Source: Takakia lepidozioides
Lineage: Eukaryota > Plantae > Bryophyta
Direction: 5' to 3'
DNA length: 64,000 nt
Assembly: GCA_030704615.1 (NCBI GenBank)
Contig: CM060731.1
Location: 56,978,001 to 57,042,000, forward strand
This document shows positions 24,315 to 37,477 of this stretch, in pieces (position 1 is the first letter of the stretch; every line of letters begins with the position of its first letter). A program made the translations under genes and the position numbers. A model generated the notes under the pieces. It was not told the origin of the DNA. It saw nothing but the letters and a program-made list of their open reading frames with translations, and searched no databases.

Positions 24315-26179
24315 CGAAATCTATTTTGAATTATTTTGAACTTTTATTGGATAATACACTTTTTGTTACCCCAATGGTTTGGGACTCAAATCCTGCTACG
24401 TCCTTTTTATATGTGGTACGGTATGTGAATTTCACTTTATTGTAATGAGTACAATGTTAATTTATTTTATGAAATGGTAGTAGAAATCGACAAAGACAGG
24501 CCAAAATGAACTAATTAATATAACCAAATTTAAATTATGTAATGCATGTTTGGCCATATCCGGGTCATATGAAACCTGTTTGATATAGTTTTTGGGGGAT
24601 AGCTTCGGGGTTTACAATGCTACCCACCTACACCTCATTTTTGGGCTCTTGCAAAAAGTCTATAGATTTTTCCAAGTATATTAGATTATCTATTTAAAAA
24701 AATAAAAAATAAAAGGAAACACCTAGGAGCTACAGCTCACAAATTATCAAGCTTATCTACTAGATGTGACATATAAAAATTTGAATGAAATGTAAACAAC
24801 TATTTTCAAGCCTTGTAGTGAGTTCAATTATTTGGAAATTTTGTATTTTTGGAACGGGCTTAATTTATTTTCATTCTAAAATTCATCATTGAAGTTTGGA
24901 CGTTGGAAAAAATGCAAATTTTGATGGTCTACAGGCACCCTCTACCTTATCAGATCAGCCCATACCTAGGTCATTAGATGGTGCCACGGCTCTAAGTGGA
25001 GAAGAATTGGCTATGTTGGCTACCATATTTCAAGCTAGTTTTGTATGACCAAACATTGTTCCATTTGAGGAAAGTGCTTCAGAGAATGAGTATTGTAATT
25101 CAGATTCAGAATAAAGTTGATTGTTTGGAACCATCTGTTCAATAGCATCATCCTACAATGATTTGGACACTTATATGTTTTTAAAAGTCTGCCACAAGTG
25201 CACAAACCACTTAAACATTTTCATGTATCACCACAAGAGTGGTACCAGTCACTGAGATGTCTTTAACCACTCACAATCTACCACCGTCCAAGTGATACCA
25301 ATCATTGCGGTGTCTTTAACCACTCACTATGTACCACTGTCCAAGTGGTACTAATCATTGAGGTGTCTTTAACCACCTAACATTCTAGAACTAACATGAG
25401 ATACTGAAGACCTGGCTATGTTGGCTACCTGCATTTAAGCGGCATTTGTACAACCAACCGTTATTCCAGTTGAGGAGAATGATTCAGAGGGTGACGAATA
25501 TGTTTCAGATTCAGAATAAAGCTTATTGTTGGAACCATTTAATCAACAGCATCATCCTACAATGGTCTTGACACTTGTCTGTTTTTCAAAGTTTGTCATA
25601 GGTGCACAAACCACTAAAAGTTTTTCATGTATCACCACAACCATCACTATTGTGTAGGCAACCACTCATGAGCGACCACTAGAATAGTGGTTCCAATTAT
25701 TGTAGTGTCTTTCACCACCCACTCTCCACAACTATCAAAGTGGTACAAATCAACGAGGTGTCTTTAACCACTCAAAGATCAATGTGCACTGTCCCCGTCC
25801 ACGTGGAATATTATATTTGTTAATTAAAATAGATTTCCAAATTATAAATCATAAATAAAATTTGAATTATTACACGTGGAGTAGCAAGTGGTTTCAACCA
25901 CTTCCCATCACTGAGGTGTCTATAACCACTCACAATGTACCACTGTACTCGTCCACGTGGAATATTATATATATATAACCAGATAATAAATAATAAATTA
26001 AAAAAAATATTACACGTGGACTACTGAGTGGTTGAAACCACTTCCAACCACTGTCTATGATGCCACCGTGGCATTTCATCGGGAGTAACCACTGACAAGT
26101 GGTTACTAGTGGTTTATAGAGTGAGAAAAAACAGTAGTGGTTAAAGGGCCAGTGATTATTCCGCGTTTTTCTTCTAGTG
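24315..26179. mobile_element. Truncated CACTA element (right end only)
   Basis: Ends ttttcttctagtg (reverse complement CACTAGAAGAAAA) at 26179; many aaccact/agtggtt subterminal motifs; internal duplication ~25010-25240 vs ~25410-25640; left TIR not found. Confidence 0.6.
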
Positions 26180-27683
26180 ATAGGTTCAGTAAAATGGGCC
26201 ATTTCATCCCCACCAAGGAGACGGCAACAGTGCAGGAGACGGGGCGACTTTACTTCGCCCACGTCTTCAAGCATCATGGACTCCCGAAGGATATTGTCTC
26301 AGACTGCTATCCAAAGTTTACAAGTAAATTTTGGATGACACTTTGGAAGAAAAATGGGGACGAGGCTCGAGATGAGCATGGCCTTCCGACCTACAACGGA
26401 CGGCCAAACGAAAAAAGTGAATTCCGTGGTGAAGCAGATCTTGCGGAATTATGTGTCGGCAGACCAGTCAGATTGGGTGGAGCACTTGGATGTGACAAAG
26501 TTCTGTTATAATAACACAAAATACTCCGCAACGGGAGTTTCCCCTTTCGTATTGGTCTATGAAAAAGCACCTCTGATGCCGACAAGTTGGGCCGGAACCG
26601 ACAGCAGCAGCGGTGCTGGAAAAATGCGAGCGTTTGTTGGAGCTCGCAAAATACAACATTGCCAAAGCTAGGAAACGGTATGAACGGCAGACGAATCGGA
26701 AGTGAAGGGAAGTTAAGTTTGAGGTAGGCACGGAGGTCTGGTTGAACATCAAGAATTTTTTACTACCTCCGGAAGTGAGTCCAAAGTTTGTACCTCCATA
26801 TGCGGGGCCTTTTCGCATCTGGAAGGTTATGAATGAGGATGTGTAAGAATTGGAGCTGCCGGCGCTTAGTCCGGCTTAGCTAGCTCAGGAATCCGATTGC
26901 AAAAACTTGTATTGCACAAATTTTGTTTATAGATGAAATGGTTTCCAAATGTTGTGCTTCCTATTTTGTTTGGAATGGTGATGCATGGTATGGTTGGCTA
27001 GTGTGTAGAATGCATGCTAGCTTACAAAAGTAGGAGAGATTAATTGTGTGTTTGCGTAGTGCCAAAATCGGGTGACTCCCATCCAAGGGGCAAGGAAACT
27101 TGCACCTTCTTTGGGAGTTCACGTGCTAGTGCGCACCTGGCGCGTGCGCATACTATAATTGCGCTACTGAGGGGTTATCTTGTAGTGCCGATTAACGAGG
27201 AAGCTACGTGCTTCCGTCGTAGTGCGGTTTCGGCATGTTCCCATACCTCAGGCAAGTATTCCAAGGCGGACCCAATTGTAGTGATTGGGGCGCGCGATTG
27301 GTTCAAGGTTATCTTCATAGTAAAAAAGGGTTCAAGGTGAACCCTTGCTCAAGGTGATGCCAAAAGCGGCATCATGAGCGGTCGCAAGCAATGTTGTTGC
27401 AGTAAGGCGATTCGATCTTCGGGGAGGATCATTCATTGGCCTTGAAGTGGGCCAAGAAGAGTGCACTAGGTGGAGCTTGAGAGGCTCCACCCTTGGCCGA
27501 GACTTGGAGGAAGTCAGCCGAACTAGCTAGTGGAGAGTAGAGTCAAGTGAGGTTTGGTTCTTTGCCATGGGACGCCATGGTATGGAAACAAACTCCTTGA
27601 TGTGGGACGCCACAACTTGGATGTTAGTTTCTACAAAATGGACAAGTCGATGAGGACATCGACTCCTTGTTGGTAGGGGTGTG
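26180..27683 (+). mobile_element. Ty3/gypsy integrase C-terminal part, possible degenerate chromodomain and PPT
   Basis: DRFSKMGHFIP..HGLPKDIVSD..PKFTSKFW..PTTDGQT..GPFR; ends gaggacatcgac..ggtaggggtg immediately before the LTR at 27684. Confidence 0.75.
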
Positions 27684-28332
27684 TGTCGCGGCCTTTTGCC
27701 TTGAGGGCGGGGGGTCGGGACACAAGAGGGGCTGCCCCTGTGGTGGGGGCAGTGGCAACAATAGGTACGGGGGCTGAAGTACCCTTGAGTGCCCAAGGCA
27801 CTCAAAGAGGCGGAGGCGCTCATTAGGTGGAGCCCCGCACACCCGGTTGCGGTGGGGGTGGTTCCACGAGTGGTGGTGGTAGCTTTAGTGGGTCTTAGTG
27901 GGGGTGGCATAGGACTCACCATAGGGTGGAGACCTTGTGGTGGGAGTCATGGGGAGTCTTGGGACTCATCACGGTCCATTGGGGTCGTGGTGGGTGGGCC
28001 AAGACTCATCGCGACTCTTCACCGGGAGTCAAGGGTCTTCGTGGTGGTTCGCCATAAAAGGACGGTGTTGTTTGTGAAACCCCCGCGGACAGTCACAGAA
28101 GTTTATATAGGGAGTAGTAACCCCGAGAATGGTGTAAGCCCGTTGGTGACCAAAAACTAGTGAGTAAGCGTGCGAGCCGGAAAACGACCAAAGTGTGGGG
28201 AGCTGTTCCGGAATGCCAACAACCAAAGGGAATTTTCACTAGGCCCAAAGTGAGCTAGGGTCTTGTGGATGAGCAAAGGGGGACCATTATGTCTCGGTGA
28301 GCAGCCGAAGCTCCAAGTTGGCCCGGCGGCCA
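27684..28332 (+). repeat. LTR (TG...CA), probably the 3' LTR of the upstream integrase fragment
   Basis: Matches 9955-10571; preceded by a PPT-like tract and followed by gtt-TGGCGCGC (PBS-like). Confidence 0.7.
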
Positions 28333-29663
28333 GTTTGGCGCGCATCAAAGCGAGTAACTATGACTTGAAGGGGAGCTTACCGAATTGAGGTGCGCGACAT
28401 GAAGTGCAAGTGGAAGCTGGTGGAATGAAGTTTAAGGCCATTCTCACCGACTATGGTGTTTCTCTCCTGGAGCGCCGTATGATCTCTTTCTTTCTGTGCT
28501 TCATACCATTTCTTAGTTGTCTCTTTGTTTGCCTGTTTTGGGATTGTAACAATTGCAGAAAGATTTACGAATAGATACAGTTTGTGGAATTGGACTTGCA
28601 AGGATGTCCCCAAGAGAGACCTCTGGACTACTTTACCAAGCTATCTGCCAGGACTTACCAACCTGGGGAGTCTTTGTGGAAATATTACATGGATCTCAAA
28701 ATTTGCTGCTGTTGATAATATCATAGACCCAACATAGAGGGATCGTATGGTTAAGAGGTATTTTCTCCTTGGGTTACCTTCCACTATTCAGAATTGGGCT
28801 CAACGACGTCATTTTGTCAATGACAAGACTATGTTAGCAGAAGTTAATCTTAAGATGGCAAACTTGGCTGACAGCAAATCAATGCAACATCATGCCAACT
28901 TTCAAGCTCCAATGGGCTCAAATCTTGGCATGTCTGCAACATCATCACCCTATGTTCCTCCTGCTATACAATGCAAAGCTGATGACTTTACTCTTCAGGG
29001 ATTGGCTAATACTGTAGAAAGTCTTAGTGAGTCTGTGGTCACTCACTTTGCTGCCATGCAGACTCATTAACAGAGGTGGCAGCCCCAACACGGCCATGGA
29101 CAAACATGTGGTAACAATAGAGGTCGAACCCAGTCTGGACAAGCCTATGAGGGTAATCGTACCGCCTGTTACATTTGTGGGTCTTTTGAACGCTGGACGA
29201 AGCAATGTCCAGACAGAGAAGGGCTGCCAGAGCTGATCAAGAACAAGAAAGCAGCTAGTGATTCTTCCTCTCCTTTAAACTAGAGAGACCTCTTGGGAAG
29301 GGGGCAATAGGTCCATCATCTACCAACCCTACTTCTCATGTTCCAATTCAAGCTGTCTTATCTACTAACTTTAAAGCCTTGCATTGTCATCTCAGTAGAC
29401 AGACTGCTGGCCAGCAGATCAATCCCCTCATGGGCCAAGTGCCATATCCACGAGATTAGCTTTCCCTGTGTGGTTGGATGCACTATCTGCTATACCTTTA
29501 AGTGTTGTAAGAGTTCTTGGTCTTAATTAAGCTATGCCCTGCCACAGGTATTGAGGTACTAATTGCCAATGGGTCCAGGTATGAGCCCCTAGGATTAGTC
29601 ATTGTACCCATCAGAATTCACAAAAAGGAGGTTGTGGTGACCTGCATAGTTACCATTAGAAAT

Positions 29664-32113
29664 GAGGGCAGCAAAGGCGTGAGCAGAACCCGTGAGCAGA
29701 TTCCCTTATCCGTGAGCAGATTGTAAGCGTGAGTAGATTATTGATGCGGACCCTAAAAACGAGGGAAGAAGTGGGCCTATTGCCGTGGACACAAACTCCA
29801 CTGCAACGGCGCAATCTTCTCTCCATCGGACCGAAGACAGACAAACTCCATGACGACAATGTGGCACGAATGTGCGATGAAAAACTGTCGGATAAATGTG
29901 TATCTATGATGAATGTAAAAGGGAATGGATGAACATTGGATGAACGTTGGATGAGTGTCGGATGAAAAATTGCCCAAATGAGTGAACCATCAACATGTGC
30001 GCAGGGATCCATGTGTTGTTGAGTTTAAATAAGTGTATTTTAATTTGGCGGAAGCTTAATTCCGGCCTAGAAGACCAGCCAGATTATGCTGGCGTCAATA
30101 CCACCTTCATCTGGCACATTCAGAGGGGAAAAAACAAAAAATAATAAAAATACTATTTTTTTGTTTTTGTTTTTTGGAAAACTTGCAAATGAACCCAACC
30201 CCGGCTTTGCAAGCAAAAGACCTGGCGTTTACCTAACATGGATTTCTGGTCACCTGGAAGAATGACATGACAACGAATCATAAGCCAAGCAATTTGTAGA
30301 TGCCATTCACCCCAAATAGCACACGAGGAATATAAAATAATAATAATAATATTATTATTATTTTTTGAAAAATTGCAAATGAACCCAGCCCTTGCTTTGC
30401 AACAAAAGACCTGGCGTTTACCCAACATGGATTTTTGGTCACCTGGAAGAAGGACATGACAACGAATCATAAGCCGAGTAATTTGTAGATGCCATTCACC
30501 CCAAATAGCACACTAGAAGACCAGCTAGATTAAGGTGTCGTTGACGATACCTTAATCTGGCACATTCGGGGAAAATAAAATATTATTATTTATATTAATT
30601 TTTTGAAAACTTGCAAATGAACCCAGCCCTTGCTTTGCAACAAAAGACCTGGCATTTACCCAGCATGGATTTTTGGTCACCTGGAAGAATGACATGACAA
30701 CGAATTATAAGCCGAGTAATTTGTCGATGCCATTCACCCCAAATAGCATACCAAAAGACCAGCCAGATTAATGTGTCGTCAATGACACCTTAATCTGGCA
30801 CATTCGGGGAATAAAATAATAATAATAATATTTTATTTTATTTTTGGAAAACTTGCAAATGAACCCAACCCCTGCTTTGCAAGCAAAAGACCTGGCATTT
30901 ACCGAGCATGGATTTCTGGTCACATGGAAGAAAGACATGACAACGAATCATAAATTATATGGTCCGAGCAATTTTTAGATGCCATTCACCCCTAATAGCA
31001 CACCCAAAGACCGTTGACGACACCTTAATCTGGCACATTTGGGATAAAATAAAATAAAAATAAAAATTGGAAAACTTTGCAAATGAACCCAACCCCTGCT
31101 TTGCAAGCGAAAGACCTAGCATTTACCCAGCATGGATTTTTGGTCACATGGAAGAATGACATGACAACGAATCATAAGTTATGTGGTCCGAGCAATTTGT
31201 AGATCCCATTCACCCCAAATAACACACCAGAAGACTAGCTAGATTAAGGTAGATTAAGGTGTCGTTGACGACACCTTAATCTGGCACATTCGGGGAAAAA
31301 TAAAATAAAAATAAAAATTGGAAAACTTGCAAATGAACCCAACCCTTGCTTTGCAAACAAAAGACCTGGCGTTTACCCAACATGGATTTTTGGTCACATG
31401 GATGAAGGACATGACAACAAATCATAAGTTATGTGATCCGAACAATTTGTAGATGTCATTCACCCCAAATAGCACACCAGAAGACGTTACAGATGTCATG
31501 TTATGCGGAGGCTGCAGCTTGCAAATTTAGTCTCATCTCTTCTCCCCCTCCTGTGCTTTACGATAGAGAGGATTTTGTGCAGAGCAAGGCTAGTGTCTTC
31601 ATAGACAGTTCTTCCTTCGTTTTGGACTCTGACTCCAGTAGCGGTGGATATTCTTCGTCGGGATGAATCGGCTGTTTTCAAACGATTTATATTAAAGCAC
31701 CAAATGGCCTCTCCACCTTCTTTGCAATTGGGTGTCAGCATCTCTCTCGATTTAGGATACCTGGTGAAAGGACAACCACAACCCTCTGCAGTTGGCAGAG
31801 GTTCACTCTGGAGCTCGGGGGATTTGGCAACCACTACTCAAAAATGCTTTTTAATTTTGAATTCAACCACAAACTACATTCATCCATGTGCCATTCGTCC
31901 AACATACATTCATCGCCCATTCATCCATCATTCATCCGTCATTCATCCATAATGATGAATTGGTAAGCATGTTATACTGGACACTACCCGCAGTATAGGT
32001 CCTCTAAGCCGAATAGGTGTCTGCGGTTATAGCTGAGCACATCCAGAAGCGTGAGCAGAATTCTGCTCACGGAATTTTCTGCTCACGGATTTTGCTCACG
32101 GTTTAGCAATCCC
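29664..32113. mobile_element. Non-autonomous Mutator-like (TIR) insertion in the gypsy protease region
   Basis: Subterminal cgtgagcaga repeats on the left and tgctcacg on the right; imperfect TIRs; degenerate 10-bp TSD cattagaaat (29654-63) / cattggagat (32114-23). Confidence 0.6.
30070..31490. repeat. Tandem array, ~190-250-bp unit, 6 copies
   Basis: ttgcaaatgaaccc..aaagacct..catggattt.tggtcac..gacatgacaacgaat..cattcacccc at ~30183, 30373, 30611, 30853, 31077 and 31327, separated by variable AT-rich spacers. Confidence 0.92.
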
Positions 32114-32439
32114 CATTGGAGATCAATTCCTGCTAGACCTTGACTGGATGACTAGAGCTGGTGCCACCATCAGCTTAGCAGACTACTCCCTTCGCTTTAA
32201 CAATGGAGAATGGCATGAAGTAGTGGTTCCCTTGAAAGCAGTGAAGATCAAAGTAGGGTCTGCTATAGCCAATCTATCCAAAGTTCAGGCCTTGGTAAAG
32301 GAGATACAACAGAACTCTCACTCCAACCTCAATTGGAATGATTTCTACAAGTTCTGTCTGATCTTCAACTCTTATATCAGTGGCATGTTCCTAGTGTTGG
32401 GTGTAAGACATGGGTGCCCATAGCTATTCCAACTACTCT

Positions 32440-32700
32440 GATTCGCGCACCTCTCAATATCACCATCCCTGCCATGACCCAGAAGGTGGTTAAGTCTGGT
32501 CTGGCCTTCTTATGTCCAGCTGCTCATTTCCTAGAAGTTGAAGGATGGAGGAGACTGACGGACCTTAAACATTGCCTGGTGGCCACTGATGTTATAGATA
32601 GAGGATATAGGCAAGAAGTCAAGATTTTGATTGCTAATCCAGAGCGCTTCTCTGTGACTATTAAGAAGGGGCAGGTTCTGGCTCACATTACTGCTCTACC
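32440..32700 (+). pseudogene. dUTPase-like domain of the gypsy pol
   Basis: APLNITIPA..VKSGLAF..P..EVEGW..LVATDVIDRGYRQEVKILIAN..TIKKGQVLAHI resembles trimeric dUTPase motifs III (GxIDxxYrGE) and IV (KGdrIAQ). Confidence 0.65.
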
Positions 32701-35700
32701 CATTGCTGATATACAAGAGGTGTAAGCTGGCTTTGGACTTCAGGCATTGGCATCCAACATGGCCCCTTGGATGCTCTTGCTGCTTGATCTCAGCCCTGAA
32801 GGTAAGACGGCCCTCACCAAAGTATTATCTAAAATTAAGTTGGGTACCACTCTCTCCTCAGGTCAAAGGAGGAAAGTGGAAATGCTTATTGCAAAAAATC
32901 TAGATGTCTTCAGCTTGGGATCCACTGATTTAAAGCGCACTCCCATCCTTCAACATGACATTGTCACTAAAGGACCTCATATTAAATAATTTGCATACCG
33001 AGAGACTGTCAAGGAGCGTGCTATAGTCCAAGAAGAATCTAGAAAATGCTAGATGCTGGTGTGATTAAGCCTTCAGTTTCTCCTTGGGCTAGTCCAGTTG
33101 TCCTGATTGGTAAGAAAGATGGCACCACCTGCTTCTGTGTTGACTTCAGAAAACTGAATGATATCTCCAAGAAGGATGCCTACCCATTACCCCTGGAGGA
33201 TCAATGAGACCTTGGATCGATTGCATGGTGTTACAATTTTCTCCTCTCTTGATCTTGCATCTGGGTTTTGGCAAGTTCCTCTCACCGAAACAGCCAAGGA
33301 AAAGACCTCATTTGTATGTCGCATGGGCAAATACCAATACAAGACCATGCCATTTGGTTTGTGCAATGCCACATCCACATTCCAATGTCTTATGGACATT
33401 GTCTTGGGTAATCTTCGCTGGGAATGTGCCTTAATTTATGTAGATGATATCAATGTGCGGGGCCAGCCAGTTTTGATGCTCACTTGATTGATCTGCAACG
33501 TGTTTTCAGCAAATTGCACACTGCAGGGCTCAAAGTGAAGCTAAAGAAGTGTGAGCTGTTTATGCTTGAGCTACACTTTCTTGGTCATATCCTCTCCAAG
33601 GATGGTTTGATTCCTGATCCTGCCAAGCTTGAATCTGTTTAGGGCTTTCATATTCCCAGGGATAAACATTTATCAAATCCTTCTTTGGTCTGGCCTCTTA
33701 TTATATGCGCTTCATAAAAAACTTTGCCAAGCTTGCTCACCCTCTAATCAAGGTGTTGTGCAAGGATGCCAGGTTTGAATGGACCTTCTCCCAGTAAGTT
33801 GCCTTTGACACCCTTTGCAAGGCTTTGTGTTCAGCTCCCATCCTGATGTTTCCCAACTTTGAATTACCTTTCTTGTTTCAGACTAATGCATTAGATATTG
33901 TCATTTCTGCAATCTTATGTCAAGTTGTAGAAGACAAAGAGCATGTGATAGCTTATGCATCTCGCCGTCTTAATCGTCATCAAAGAAATTATTCCATATC
34001 TGATAAGGAGGGTCTCGCCCTGGTATTTGGTGTGAAGCATTTCAGGCAATATTTACATGGCAGCTGGTTTGTGGTAGAGACTGATCATCTTCCACTTAAG
34101 GCTCTTGTTAAGCCAATGGAACTTCATGGCAGACTTGCTAGATGGGCCATGTACCTACAGGAATTTGACATGGATATAGTCTACAAGAAGGACAAAGAAC
34201 ACACAAATGCTGATGCGCTCACATGGGTTGATCCTCCTGTCAGCAGGCCTATGCTCATCTTGGAGGATCTTGCTGCTACTGATGTAGCCCATCCTCCCGA
34301 TCCTGCCCCTCTTCTCAACCTTCTTTGTGCAAATTAGCACCCCTTGGCCTTGGATTCCAATGGCATATTGGCTGCTTGGGGCTGGTCTAGCCTTCTTGAT
34401 GATCCTGGTTGATTTACTCGTGTGTTAGTATGTGTGGTGGATCTGTCACTTAGAGAGAATTCGGATGGTTTGGTGGAAGTTCCTTGTTTCAACTCTTCTC
34501 TTTCCCAGGCCCCCCGAGTATGTTGTATTTTAGGTGCTGCACTCCGGTGTGACTATTGGCTTGAGCCTCAAGGCCTGGTTTAGCTGTCCATGAGTAATAA
34601 CAAATGAGGTGAAGGTATCACTGTTGGAGATTATAGATGCAGGCACTCTAGACCACCTTCTCTAAAGCCCATTGTCTACCTCTTATGTGCAGTGCAGTCA
34701 TGGATGATCAGCTACATGCTGCGCTATTCCAGCGATGCCAATCAGGGCGTTCGCCAGCTGGCCTTTCCGAGTCCTTGCAAAAACAAATTCTCTATCATGT
34801 TTCTACTCACCGTTTCATGGTGATAAGCTTTTCAATGAGCTAACTAGAGGGGGAGTGCCATGCTACTTGGAGGTGCCACCACGGAGCCAGCTGGATGCTT
34901 TATTGGAGCGTTTCCATTGTTCCTTGTATGCAGGTTACCTTAGTATCAAGAAAACCGTGGCCTGCATCTAAGATGTTTACTATTGGCTGGGCATTGACCG
35001 AGACGTCACGGAATTCATCTCTAAGTGTGAAGGTTGTCATGCTAACATTGCTCTCCCTAGGGCCCGGATCTTGTACGAGCTGCAGCCTTTGCCTATCACC
35101 CATGCTTTTGCTTGTGTTGGCATTGACTTAGTAGGACCCCTCGCACTCACATCAAAGGGTCGAAGCTACTTTTGTATTGCTACCGACTACTTGACTAAGT
35201 GGGTAGAAGTCCGACTTTTGCGTTCCAAGGCTAGTGATGTTGTAGCTCAGTTTTTCTTCAATGAGATCCTTATGCGGCATGGGTGTTTTCGGGAGATACT
35301 AACGGATCAGGGCAAGGAGTTTTGTAACCAGAGGTGGTGTGCTTCAATTTTGGTGTTAAGCATTCCACCACAGCCCCATACCATCCCCAAACCAATGGCC
35401 TGACGGAACGCTTCAACCAAACTCTTTGCCGAATGTTGGATGGCGCACTTACCAGGGAGTGGGATACCTTTCTTCCCCCCATTATCTTTGCAGCATTCTA
35501 CCCCTCTTATCTTTACTGTTGCTGATCCGGTTGATCTTGATATCTTTGGTGAGGATCTTCATGCTCGGCATGCGGTGTCTATCCATGATGCCAAAACAAA
35601 CATTGGTAAGGCTCAACTAACCTAGGCCCGTAATTTTAACAAGCGTCTCAAGTATTCTAACCTGTTTCAGGTGGGACAGACCGTGTGCGTTCGATTACAG

Positions 35701-37249
35701 CATGGCAAGCATGCATGCAAATCTAAGCTCAAGATCGACGGTCCATACTTGATCTATCAGATTTTACGTGGGCGACGTGCTCTCCTTCTTTCACAAGGCT
35801 CCAATACTGAAGTGCGGGATGAACCTGTTTCCTTGACGGACTTGGTGCATTCCGAGCTAGTTTTTGATCTTACATGTATTAATGTGGAGGGGCGCACGGT
35901 GGGGTGATGTACTCTTGATCTTCTTTGCCGATCTACTTCAGCTTGATCCTCTTCTCTTCAATGGCTTAACTTTAGTGTGCGGATGGTGACTCTTGGGTCC
36001 TAGGACTTGACCTCTCTTGGACTTAGAAACATTTTAAGTTTTATGGTATATCACCATCTGTACTCCCTGCATGGTTTTCCTAGCTTAAGGGTTTTGTCCT
36101 CGGCCCAACTTGAAGGTGCCAGGTTTTCCCTTGGTAGGTTTTTCACCGAGCAGTGGAGGGTGATATTTCCTAATTATTTGTTTTCCTTCGCGGAGCACAG
36201 GATTTTTCGTGGGAGGTAGGCTTCACAGATGTGATGGCTCATATTTGTCTAGGTTAGAAATGGCCCGTTTCATCCAAAACGGCGATACACATCCATAGTA
36301 TAATTTTTTGGCGTATAATGCCGTTATACCGTTACAATGATATCTAGGTTAGGGTTAGTTTTGGCTGGTGGCTATATCCTGGCCCTTCATTAGATCTAGG
36401 GTAACAAAGCGACGCAGTGGGTTTTGGCTTGGGATGCCTCGCGGCGCGCAACTAAAGCTAGGGCTTTTGTATAAAAACGGCGTCCTAACACAAGGTCAGG
36501 GCGGTGTACTCAGGTGTTAGTGTATATGTGATTCTTGTGTACAAGCTTTGGATAAGAGCTCCTGTGTGTCAGATCCTCGTGTTTGATCCTCCTCTCGCGC
36601 ATCGTCTGCTCTTTCCGCTTGCCCCTTTGTTGTGAAAACTTGTTTCTTGAGAGGAAGGGAGTATATGCTTGTGGCTCGTTTTGAGGCTTCACACTCCAAT
36701 TGGAACTTCTGTGCCGTGAGGTCTCATATCCATTCCCCCGCCCCCTTCATCCCCCTCCTCCGGCCTTCTTCCTCATCCCCTTCCTCTACCCGCATTGTCC
36801 ATTGAATTTCCTGCTTCTGCCGAATCCATTTTTGTGTATGTGTTGCCGCATTGCAGTGATGGAGCTCCGGACGGTCGGCAATGGAGTTCAAGACAAGGTA
36901 GAGACGAGTTCAAGATGACAATAGATAAACTATCAGTCCAATTTTTGAGGTGTTAGGGTATCGACAAGTGTTAGGGCGACAATCCACATTTTTTGAACAT
37001 TTTTATTATCTGATTATTAAATTATCACATGAGATAACTCTAGGGTTAGAGTGAGGGATAGCAAATGCCACATGTATGGCTACACGTCAGCTACTTGCCG
37101 ATAGAGGGTGCGCATGTGTGAAGTGTGATCGTCGATAGTATACCGGGTTTAGGAATGCCACTATCTCCAGGGCTATATCAGATCCCATCAGAACTATGAA
37201 AATATGCCCCTTTGAGCCAGAACAGTAATTAAAAACTCAAAACCCACCA

Positions 37250-37320
37250 TAGTAGTAGCTCAATAGTATAGGGTATTGAGTGCCACCCAAGTGATTTTGG
37301 GTTCAAATACTGCTACCTGA
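37250..37320 (+). other. tRNA-derived remnant (pseudogene or SINE head)
   Basis: A-box-like tagctcaatag and B-box-like ggttcaaatac at tRNA spacing. Confidence 0.4.
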
Positions 37321-37477
37321 TAATGTTTGGTATTATCATACCATAAACTGTGGCATCTGCCTCATGGCGAGGTTACTTTGAAAGAGGTTATTTTCTCCTC
37401 CCACTGTAATTAAGGGGGAGCTGTCGAAAAAGAAAAAACTCTTTACTGCAGTGGTGAGCATAATGCATGCGTTGGTT

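Larger units (their letters stand above)
28500..36920 (+). mobile_element. Decayed Ty3/gypsy element: gag-PR-dUTPase-like-RT-RNaseH-IN
   Basis: Degenerate knuckle CYICGSFERWTKQC (~29166); RT LDLASGFWQ, MPFGLCNA, YVDD; RNaseH IAYASR, ETDH, NADAL; IN GIDLVGP, LTDQGKEF, TNGLTER, DGPY; many stops and frameshifts; putative 3' LTR 36230-36920 (TGTGAT..ATGACA) has no 5' partner in the window. Confidence 0.88.

Noticed and set aside
9955-28332. Single intact element bounded by the two matching LTRs
   Set aside because: No TSD (ggaag vs gtttg), both copies are preceded by purine tracts, and internal domains are in mixed orientation
20721-31490. CRISPR-like arrays (the 180-bp and ~240-bp repeats)
   Set aside because: Units are long and repeat in full with no unique spacers; eukaryotic context with no cas genes
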